A stretch of 17,379 bases of DNA, from IMG/VR virus record IMGVR_UViG_3300045988_147339, positions 1 to 17,379 of that record. One strand, written 5' to 3'. The translations under genes and the position numbers were made by a program. The notes under the pieces are model-generated. The model ran no database searches, was not told the DNA's origin, and saw only the letters and a program-made list of their open reading frames with translations. The DNA is from a virus. Shown piece by piece: positions 8,972 through 15,510 of the stretch. Position 1 is the first letter of the stretch. Every line of letters begins with the position of its first letter.

Positions 8972-9263
8972 TTAATCAATCCTCCAATTCGTCATTTTGT
9001 TGTTCAAGTGGTTCTTTAACAATCTCATAATATTTCTTATAGGTATAGTAATATCTACTTGTTTTACTAAACCAATAATTCTTAAATAATCTTGTAATCC
9101 AAAATTTCAATTCATTTTTGCTATCAAGCTGATTTAATTTTGGATTTGAATACTCTAGTATTTCTACAAAAATCATTTGAACACAGTCATCATCTGCACC
9201 AAATTTTTGCTTAAGTTCCATAATAAATGGATAGTACTTTTCTACAATTTCGTTATTACTCAT
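8955..9263 (-). CDS. Sigma-70 region-2-like protein, the sigma2 half of a split sigma factor. It ends at TGA 8976 under the standard code, or at TAA 8955 with TGA=Trp.
   Basis: The segments ...GADDDCVQMIFVEILEY...ELKFWITRLFKNYWFSKTSRYY match the ECF-type region 2 pattern (DLVQE.F..., ..WL.RIA.N...D..R). A TAA in the sigma4 frame sits immediately before the sigma4 ATG, so the two halves cannot be fused by a simple frameshift. Confidence 0.6.
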
Positions 9264-9750
9264 ATGTTCACATATATCCTCCTGCTGTTTTTCGCTGCCC
9301 TTTAAGAACCTTTACAATATTTCTAGATTGTATATTTAGTTCTCTCTCAGCATCTATTGCTGAATCCCATCTTTTAATAACTATTCCATTTAGTAATTGC
9401 AGTATTGGTTTCTTATGACTATATCCAGCTCGCAGATTATGAGTTCCATAATTATTATTATAATTATAAGTACACCATTCTAAATTACTTACATTATTAT
9501 TTGATTTATTTTCATCCTTATGATTTATACAAGGATAGTTATTCGGATTAGATATAAAAGTTTCAGCTACTAATCTATGTATATAACACTTCTTTTTCAA
9601 ATTTTTATTATATAATGTTACTGTAAAGTACCCATTAGTTTTTACTTGAGGTTTTAACCTCTTTGGAACTGATGCTCTTAAACTTCATATTGAGCCATCA
9701 GTTCCAATTTGGTAGTTTTCAAAATTAAGTATTCTTTTATAGGCTATCAT
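9256..9750 (-). CDS. HNH homing endonuclease (164 aa with TGA=Trp).
   Basis: ATG at 9748-9750 and TAA at 9256-9258. Hand translation: MIAYKRILNFENYQIGTDGSI-W-SLRASVPKRLKPQVKTNGYFTVTLYNKNLKKKCYIHRLVAETFISNPNNYPCINHKDENKSNNNVSNLEWCT...TAGGYM-W-TYE*. TGA 9685 falls on the conserved Trp of the dG.vWS motif. HRLVA..F and NHKD.NK.NN...NLEW form the HNH_3 core. Confidence 0.85.
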
Positions 9751-10174
9751 TTGCTATATAATTACTAAATTCTGTATTTACATCTATCTTAATGGCTTTC
9801 TTTAAAGACAACTCTGTTTTTAATGAATAGCCATAAGTTCCTCCAAAATCTGTTGTAGAACAACCATATTTCATAGAATCCTTTATAAAGGCTTGTTTTA
9901 TATCTTTAAATATATATATTCCATCATCAAATATTATTACTAATATAGAATTATTTCTTGATAGCATATCAAATTTATCCCTATTAATAATAGTGGTTGG
10001 ATATTTATTAGAATTAAATCTTCTCCTTTTAACTTCAATTATATAATCAATTCCATTCCAATTAAATGTTCCATCATATCTGGAGTAATCGTCTTTACAT
10101 CATTCTATGTCTATATTAAATTTCTCTTTAAATAGATTCTTTGTAAAGACTAAGCTTCTTATATCTGTTTTCAT
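9737..10174 (-). CDS. PD-(D/E)xK-type nuclease-like protein (145 aa).
   Basis: ATG at 10172-10174 shares 1 nt with the upstream TAA. There is one in-frame TGA at 10100 (IE-W-CKDD). The segment ..YDGTFNWNGIDYIIEVKRR.. fits a D...(D/E)xK catalytic signature. The fold assignment is by motif only. Confidence 0.55.
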
Positions 10175-10413
10175 TATTTTATATTATTAATTTTAAGTGT
10201 TAAATCACAATATTCTTCATATAAATTAGATACTTCTTCACTTGCTGGATTAATCCACATTACTGAATCTAATTTATGTTTTAATTCTGCTCTTTCTAAT
10301 CTTAATTCAAATGTTTTAGTTTGATACTCGTTATAAGCTTTATATCCTCTAATTCCAGCTATACACATTAAAACTAAAAGTATAATAACTGCATATTTAA
10401 ATATATTTTTCAT
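10174..10413 (-). CDS. Small N-terminally membrane-anchored protein (79 aa).
   Basis: Intact ORF running ATG to TAA. It has a hydrophobic N-terminus (YAVIILLVLMCIAGI) followed by a charged helical region. Confidence 0.65.
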   Translation of the reverse strand: MKNIFKYAVIILLVLMCIAGIRGYKAYNEYQTKTFELRLERAELKHKLDSVMWINPASEEVSNLYEEYCDLTLKINNIK

Positions 10414-10424
10414 ATTCTATATTA

Positions 10425-10613
10425 TTAAATAATTACACCTACTCCATAAAAGGTCTTATCTTCATTCTTATATGAAACTCCAGCTAACTTTTCCATAAAT
10501 AATACAGCAGTTTCCAATCCTTCTTTTTCAATTAAACTAGCTATTTCCTTTTCAATTTCTGGAGTTAAGTTTATTGATTCAATTAAATCATTAAGTCTTT
10601 TTATATAATTCAT
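10425..10613 (-). CDS. Hypothetical small protein (62 aa), first gene of the leftward operon.
   Basis: Intact ORF running ATG to TAA, about 40 nt downstream of the leftward promoter-like module. Confidence 0.6.
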   Translation of the reverse strand: MNYIKRLNDLIESINLTPEIEKEIASLIEKEGLETAVLFMEKLAGVSYKNEDKTFYGVGVII

Positions 10614-10651
10614 AATTAAAAATTTTAGTTAAACCTGTTTTATTGATATTA

Positions 10652-10683
10652 CAAATATACAACAAAAAAATCAAATCTCCAAA
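10652..10683 (-). promoter_or_regulatory. Bacteroidota-type promoter candidate driving the leftward operon.
   Basis: On the minus strand the sequence reads TTTG (10683-10680), then 20 nt, then TATATTTG (10659-10652). This matches the -33 TTTG / -7 TAnnTTTG consensus. The surrounding sequence TGTTGTATATTTGTAATATCAA is near-identical to the two rightward modules. Confidence 0.55.
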
Positions 10684-10723
10684 TTTTTTGGCAACTTTTT
10701 CTCATAATTTTTTATTAAAATTA

Positions 10724-10755
10724 TTTGGAAATTTAAAAATAATGTTATATCTTTG
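10724..10755 (+). promoter_or_regulatory. Bacteroidota-type promoter candidate (rightward, copy 1 of the tandem module).
   Basis: TTTG at 10724-10727, then 20 nt, then TATCTTTG at 10748-10755. It is part of a roughly 53-bp module (10718-10770) that repeats 83 bp downstream. Confidence 0.55.
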
Positions 10756-10806
10756 TATTATCAAAATAAGAAAAATGAAAATTTATTAAAAATAATTGCT
10801 AAATTA

Positions 10807-10838
10807 TTTGGATTTTAAATAAAAATGTTGTATATTTG
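10807..10838 (+). promoter_or_regulatory. Bacteroidota-type promoter candidate (rightward, copy 2).
   Basis: TTTG at 10807-10810, then 20 nt, then TATATTTG at 10831-10838. It lies about 40 nt upstream of the ATG at 10880. Confidence 0.55.
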
Positions 10839-10879
10839 TACTATCAAAATAGATTATTATAATTAAAATTTTAAAGACT

Positions 10880-11035
10880 ATGAAAAATTCGATTAAAAAC
10901 AATGGAACAATTATTATTGAAGATAATACAATTAAGAGCACTATGGAGAATTCAATTCCTTGTTCTGATGAACAATTTGCTAACTTATTAGCTAACTCTC
11001 CTACAATTGCAGCTTATTTTAGTAAAAATAAGTAA
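10880..11035 (+). CDS. 51-aa hypothetical early protein.
   Basis: ATG to TAA, no in-frame TGA: MKNSIKNNGTIIIEDNTIKSTMENSIPCSDEQFANLLANSPTIAAYFSKNK. It is framed by the tandem promoters upstream and a terminator hairpin 15 nt downstream. Confidence 0.5.
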   Translation: MKNSIKNNGTIIIEDNTIKSTMENSIPCSDEQFANLLANSPTIAAYFSKNK

Positions 11036-11049
11036 TTCTACTACTTCTA

Positions 11050-11075
11050 GGCAGGTGAAAATCCTGCCACTTTTT
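11050..11075 (+). terminator. Rho-independent terminator candidate.
   Basis: GGCAGG (11050-11055), loop TGAAAAT, CCTGCC (11063-11068), then ACTTTTT. Confidence 0.6.
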
Positions 11076-11084
11076 AACATTAAG

Positions 11085-11134
11085 GTGTCAAATTTTTACT
11101 CACTTGATGTGTATAGATAAAATAAAAATAGACA
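11085..11134 (+). repeat. Copy 2 of the 50-bp element, the left arm of the inverted pair around the helicase gene.
   Basis: Sequence GGTGTCAAATTTTTACTCACTTGATGTGTATAGATAAAATAAAAATAGACA. See copy 1 and copy 3. Confidence 0.8.
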
Positions 11135-11159
11135 ATTAATAACCAAAATTATTACAACT

Positions 11160-12878
11160 ATGAAAACATATTTAAATGAAATTATTAATGAGTTGCCAAC
11201 TAACTGTTTATTTGATAAAGGAAAAGTTGGATGTGGAGGAACTTCAATGGCAATTGAATGCAATAAGCCTTATGTTATTTGTGTTCCATTTACTAGCTTA
11301 GTTGAAAATAAACTTCAACAATATCCAAATGAAAGACGTACTGAGAAGATATTTGGAGTTTATGCTGGTGTTACTATTAAAGAGATTAAAGATTATGTAG
11401 ATAGTGTTAAATGCCCTAAAATCATTGTTACCTATGATTCTCTTTATAAAGTTATTTCTGCAATTAATCCTAAAGAGTTTAGCATTTTAATTGATGAATA
11501 TCATATTCTCTTTAATCAGTATAGCTTTAGAAGCTCTGCTATTCAATCAGTGCTTAAATATTATAAATTATTTGGTAATTTTACATTTATGACCGCAACA
11601 CCTTTAGAGGAAGAGTTTGTATTAGATGAATTAAAAGATTTAGAATTAGTAAAGCAGGAATGGGATGATGTTATAGATGTAAAAGTGCAAACTGTTAAAT
11701 GTGATAATGTAGAAGCTTCTACTATTAAACTTATAAATGGATTTTTAAACGGACAGGTTGAAGGTAACGCCTACATATTCGTTAATTCAGTAGACTTTAT
11801 AAAGAACCTTATTAAGAAAGCCAAATTAACATCTAATAATACCAGAGTTATATATTCCAAAAACAATAAAACTAAACTGTCAATTCCTAATTCAACAGTC
11901 TTAGATGAACCTAAGAAAATAAACTTATTAACTTCAACTGTATTTGAAGGTTCAGATATTTATGATGAAAATGGAAGGATAATAATTATATCTGATCCAA
12001 GTAAAGCTAATACATTACTTGATATATCAACTTCTATACAGCAGATTGCTGGTAGAATTAGAAATAGTAAATATATTAATTGGATAACTCACATTTATTC
12101 TACAACAAGATATGCTGATATATCTTATGAAGAATTTAAAAAGCTTAATATCCAGAATATTGAAGAAACTAAAATTGCTGTAGAAGCATACAATAAACTT
12201 CCAGAGATAGCTAAAAAGAAACTTAGAGAATTTACTTCTGATGCATACATTAAATTAAATTGGGATGATGTATTTGAATTTGACCCTAATATGGCTAAAA
12301 TTGATTTATTTAATTTTAAAGTATCTAGGGGACTGTATTCTGCTAGAGCTAATCTTTCTAAGGAATATATTAATAAAGGATTTAATAAAGTGGTAGAACA
12401 ATATGATAATTCTATAAAAATAGATCTAAATACTAAAACAAAAGCATTTAAAGATATAATTAAAGAAGTAAGAGAGGAATATGAAACCTTATATAAGGTA
12501 AACACCCCAAAATTAGATGATGCTCTTATTAAATACCCTTGGTTAATGGATGCTATTACTAAACTTGGATTCAATAAAATGGCCACTCTAAAATACTGTA
12601 TTACTAAAATAAAAGATGAACTTATTAAAACTTCAGATAAATCTGTAGATAATAAAGTAGCAAATAAACTTAATAAAGATATAACTTTAGGTATGTGGTA
12701 TTCTAATACTGATATTAAAAAGATACTACAAAAAGCTTATGATTTAGTTAATAAAACTAATGCTAAAGCTACTGATATTACAAAATATTATGAAGTTAAG
12801 GTAACTAAAAAATCAGTGAATGGAAACAGATCTTATGGATATACTATTATAGGTAAAAAGTATGTCTTTAAAAATTAG
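11160..12878 (+). CDS. SF2 (DExH-type) helicase-like protein with a long C-terminal extension. Probable replication or early function.
   Basis: Uninterrupted 572-aa ORF under the standard code, ending in TAG. Motifs seen are a P-loop-like GKVGCGGTS, motif II LIDEYH, motif III MTATP and motif VI QQIAGRIRN. All five Trp codons are TGG. Confidence 0.8.
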   Translation: MKTYLNEIINELPTNCLFDKGKVGCGGTSMAIECNKPYVICVPFTSLVENKLQQYPNERRTEKIFGVYAGVTIKEIKDYVDSVKCPKIIVTYDSLYKVISAINPKEFSILIDEYHILFNQYSFRSSAIQSVLKYYKLFGNFTFMTATPLEEEFVLDELKDLELVKQEWDDVIDVKVQTVKCDNVEASTIKLINGFLNGQVEGNAYIFVNSVDFIKNLIKKAKLTSNNTRVIYSKNNKTKLSIPNSTVLDEPKKINLLTSTVFEGSDIYDENGRIIIISDPSKANTLLDISTSIQQIAGRIRNSKYINWITHIYSTTRYADISYEEFKKLNIQNIEETKIAVEAYNKLPEIAKKKLREFTSDAYIKLNWDDVFEFDPNMAKIDLFNFKVSRGLYSARANLSKEYINKGFNKVVEQYDNSIKIDLNTKTKAFKDIIKEVREEYETLYKVNTPKLDDALIKYPWLMDAITKLGFNKMATLKYCITKIKDELIKTSDKSVDNKVANKLNKDITLGMWYSNTDIKKILQKAYDLVNKTNAKATDITKYYEVKVTKKSVNGNRSYGYTIIGKKYVFKN

Positions 12879-12880
12879 TA

Positions 12881-12930
12881 TGTCTATTTTTATTTTTATC
12901 TATATACATTAGTTGAGTAAAAAATAGACA
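12881..12930 (-). repeat. Copy 3 of the 50-bp element, inverted; the right arm of the pair.
   Basis: Plus-strand sequence TGTCTATTTTTATTTTTATCTATATACATTAGTTGAGTAAAAAATAGACA. Its reverse complement aligns with copies 1 and 2. It starts 3 nt after the helicase TAG. Confidence 0.8.
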
Positions 12931-12950
12931 TTTATTAAAATATTTTAATT

Positions 12951-13112
12951 ATGGAAAATGATATTAAAGAAACAATTAAACAAACAGAAGAGTATATTAA
13001 AGAGTTAGATAGATGAATGCTCGAATGTAAAGAGGCTACTAAAAGATTTGGTGATATTATAGACAAAGTATTAAAAAATAAAGATTATATGTTTATTTCT
13101 AAATTTGATTAA
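12951..13112 (+). CDS. Hypothetical small protein (53 aa if TGA 13014 is read as Trp).
   Basis: Translation: MENDIKETIKQTEEYIKELDR-W-MLECKEATKRFGDIIDKVLKNKDYMFISKFD*. Under the standard code it splits into 21-aa and 31-aa pieces, with an ATG directly after the TGA. Confidence 0.4.
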
Positions 13113-13114
13113 TT

Positions 13115-13237
13115 ATGGATGATCATTTATTTAAAAAGCTTGAAGAACTAGAATACAGAATAGTTCAACTAGAAAACCAGAATAGAGGTTTAGTTTGGGA
13201 AGAAGTAGAAGAAATGCCAAAACCAGAAATTACTAAT
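13115..13237 (+). CDS. Hypothetical small coiled-coil-like protein (40 aa).
   Basis: ATG lies 2 nt after the previous TAA. Translation: MDDHLFKKLEELEYRIVQLENQNRGLVWERSRRNAKTRNY*. The only support is that the frame is open and the genes are tightly packed. Confidence 0.3.
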
Positions 13238-13404
13238 GCAACATATACTGATTAATATGAAATACCAAACCTATAAAGTATGTATAAATGGAGTGTATTA
13301 TGTATATGTAATACCAGAAAATAGTAAGTTTTTAGTAGACTTACAAACAGGAGATTTAATACCTAAAGAAGATGATAAATTATTTGAAATAATGGAATAA
13401 ATGA

Positions 13405-13432
13405 AAATAGGAGGGTTTATACCCTCCTATTT
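13405..13432. terminator. Bidirectional terminator candidate between convergent transcription units.
   Basis: Perfect 11-bp stem AAATAGGAGGG / loop TTTATA / CCCTCCTATTT. T-rich sequence follows on both strands. The stem resembles the one at 5519-5543. Confidence 0.6.
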
Positions 13433-13653
13433 CTGTTTAAATCTTTGATAATTACTAACCGATGAATGAATAGCTTTATGACAAACTGAACACATCAGTT
13501 ACAAGTTTGGCAGTGGTAGTTATCCCGCAATAATATTTGCTCTCTAATGGCCTTAAAATCCTTTGATCTTATATATCTTTGGTACTTTAAATATTCTTCA
13601 CTTCTTACTTTCTTCTTTGTCTTATGAAGCAGTTTACTTGATTTGGAGTCCAT
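13417..13653 (-). pseudogene. Probable HNH-endonuclease remnant or small zinc-ribbon ORF.
   Basis: ATG at 13651-13653. The N-terminal part ...FKAIREQILLRDNYHCQTCN is HNH-like and is followed by TGA at 13495. The typical HNH C-terminal motif (M)CSVCHKAIH occurs in a different frame (13493 down to TAG 13427-13429). The His-Asn catalytic core between the two parts is missing. With TGA=Trp the original frame runs on to TAA at 13417, inside the terminator hairpin. Confidence 0.35.
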
Positions 13654-13655
13654 AA

Positions 13656-14108
13656 TTATATAATTGTAAATTTCTGTCTTCTCTGCAAACCCTCTTTATT
13701 CTTCAGTCCTAAATGAATTCAACTAGCTATTCCATTTCTAGGTTTCTCATAAATAAGTTGATCAAAATCATACTTTTCAATAGCTTCAGTAATCCAAACC
13801 TGAAATTCTTTCATTTGGCCGTTACTTGGAATTATATCTGCTGCATATCCTGTTAGATGGGCAGATGTCAAAGATCCTCCTACAGCTTTATTAAGCTCAT
13901 TACATCTATAACCTGAATTCACACTTATTGCTGGATTCCCCAACCGATTAACATCACAATACTCTGCCCAATCACTTCTTAATGGGTCTAAAAGTTTCTC
14001 GACTAACTCTATAAGGTGTTCAGTAATCTCTTTATTTGGAGTATTATCTATCTTCTTAATAGAAGCTGTATCAGATCTTGTTAATTCACTAATAGTAAAA
14101 TATTTCAT
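13656..14108 (-). CDS. Endolysin, zinc peptidase M15 (VanY / L-Ala-D-Glu peptidase-like), 150 aa with TGA=Trp.
   Basis: Motifs ..SGYRCNELNKAVGGSLTSAHLTGYAADI.. (SxHxxGxAxD) and ..FDQLIYEKPRNGIAS-W-IHLG... TGA 13719 is the Trp of the conserved WxH motif that carries the last zinc ligand. The standard-code ORF would end before that His. The true stop is TAA at 13656-13658. Confidence 0.85.
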
Positions 14109-14269
14109 TATTTAATAATATCTTTAAGCATAGTATAACGGTAAAATAAATGACATCCTGCACCAAGTGCTATGAGTGCTAATGTAATACAAAATGGAAT
14201 TACTTTTACCATTAAAAATACTAAGATTATAATTACTATTGCTATTAAATATTTCATCCAATATTTCAT
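14108..14269 (-). CDS. 53-aa two-TM protein (holin/antiholin-like). Absent from the ORF track.
   Basis: Hand translation: MKYWMKYLIAIVIIILVFLMVKVIPFCITLALIALGAGCHLFYRYTMLKDIIK*. It has two hydrophobic segments. Its TAA shares one nt with the endolysin ATG (TAATG). Confidence 0.6.
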   Translation of the reverse strand: MKYWMKYLIAIVIIILVFLMVKVIPFCITLALIALGAGCHLFYRYTMLKDIIK

Positions 14270-14272
14270 AAC

Positions 14273-14926
14273 TTATTTACTTAAAATTATACTTACTTTA
14301 ATTCCTGCATCTCTTAGTTTTACTCAAGTATCAACTGGCATCTCATTATCACAATAAGATAATCCTAAAATTCCAATATCTCTATCTTCTGATTTTAAAT
14401 AGAATATTGCTATCTTATTAACCTCATTAGATTTAAATGCATAATACATTCTTCTATCTAATTCCTTTATATCTTCAACATCTCCAAATCATCCTCCTTT
14501 TTTAGATGTTTCCAATATAAATAAATAATCAGATAATAGGAAGTCTTTATAGTGACTTGAAACTGGAGCAACTCCAGGTTCTGTTTCTTCACTATTCATA
14601 ATTCCATAAGTGAATGGTAATCCTCCTAATCCTGAAGTGCCATTATGATACTCAATAACTCAAGCTCTATCTGCATTCGTATCATTTAAAAGGTCTTTAA
14701 GGATATATCTAACCTTAAGATCCGCTTCTTGTCGTATTACTTGATTAGTATTATGAACTGTTTCTATATAACTTACAACTTTATCATATATTATTCCTGG
14801 ATTAGTACTTATAATTATTACATAAGAAATAAATATAAATCCAAATCCACCTTTAATTATTTTCCACAGTCCATATTTATCTACTCATTCTAATACCTTT
14901 CCAAACCAGTTTAATTTATTTTCCAT
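14273..14926 (-). CDS. 217-aa membrane protein with one N-proximal TM and a large C-terminal domain. Its architecture resembles the T4 t-type (class III) holin. Absent from the ORF track.
   Basis: I verified the hand translation line by line. The length of 654 nt is divisible by 3. There are four in-frame TGAs (14885, 14660, 14489, 14324). Sequence: MENKLNWFGKVLE-W-VDKYGLWKIIKGGFGFIFISYVIIIS...ADRA-W-VIEYHNG...KKGG-W-FGD...PVDT-W-VKLRDAGIKVSIILSK*. It lies directly upstream of the small TM protein and the endolysin. The link to T4 gp t rests on size and topology only. Confidence 0.7.
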
Positions 14927-15510
14927 TACATATTATACTTAAAGGTATATCCTTTAGTTTGTTTTTGTCTTCCACTTAAAACGGAAGATATTAAAGAAGA
15001 AGTTATATTTAACTCTCTTGCTGCTGATCTTATACTTTTATAAGATTTTATAAATCTTCCATCTAAAGTATATTGACTAATAGCTTTAGTTCCATAGTTT
15101 TGATTTTTCTTGCGTATTAATTCCTTAGTTTCTTCAGAATGATGCTTTCCATAAAATGGATTTTTATTTCCTGTTCTAGTTTTAGCAAATTCAGAAATAA
15201 TAACTTTAGTTTCATTAGAAACTATCGGATGATTACTTGTGTCAGTTCTATTATAACCAAATCTTAAATCTGTAGTATTATAATAGCTAAAGAAGTATTT
15301 TTCAAGATATTTCATTTCCGATTCACTATTTACATAATAAATAGTGTGTTTAATATTGTTTCAACCGTACTTTTTAATTGGTCTGTAAACAAATTGATCT
15401 TTATATCCTTCTCCACCTCTTCATCTACTATTTACTGATTGAGTAGTCAATCCAACATATCTTTTACCATTTGGAAAAGTATGAATATAAACTACATACT
15501 GTCTTGACAT
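14926..15510 (-). CDS. GIY-YIG homing endonuclease (194 aa with TGA=Trp).
   Basis: N-terminus recovered through TGA 15421 and TGA 15361: MSRQYVVYIHTFPNGKRYVGLTTQSVNSR-W-RGGEGYKDQFVYRPIKKYG-W-NNIKHTIYYV... The NUMOD3-like NPFYGKHHSEETKELIRK and a C-terminal IENR1-like HTH are present. The gene overlaps its upstream neighbour by 19 nt. Confidence 0.85.

Noticed and set aside
9227-9418. Plus-strand 63-aa ORF from the track.
   Set aside because: It lies entirely antisense to the well-supported HNH and sigma2 genes. It has a low-complexity hydrophobic composition and no motif. It is most likely a shadow ORF.
12125-12586. Minus-strand 153-aa ORF from the track.
   Set aside because: It is antisense inside the helicase gene, which has clear SF2 motifs. 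Its L/S/I-rich composition is typical of the reverse frame of an AT-rich, K/N/E-rich gene.
11085-12930. Insertion sequence or transposon (inverted repeats flanking one gene).
   Set aside because: The enclosed protein has helicase motifs and no transposase or recombinase signature. I see no flanking direct repeats. A third copy of the element sits alone at 5546-5595. A regulatory or origin element is therefore more likely than IS termini, although inversion or mobility is not excluded.
13197-13203. The GGGAAAG heptamer (the lambda G/GT-type slippery sequence) in the small plus-strand ORF region.
   Set aside because: It is not aligned as X XXY YYZ with the frame of the ORF starting at 13115 (that frame reads TGG GAA AGA). 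The frame it would serve closes immediately.
13257-13400. 48-codon open frame (YEYQTYKVCINGVYYVYVIPENSKFLVDLQTGDLIPKEDDKLFEIME).
   Set aside because: It has no ATG; only a GTG at 13293 is available. It is short and has no motif. It could be real, but I cannot support a start site.
14172-14357. Plus-strand 61-aa ORF from the track.
   Set aside because: It is antisense to two minus-strand lysis genes that appear once TGA is read as Trp and that are tightly coupled to the endolysin.
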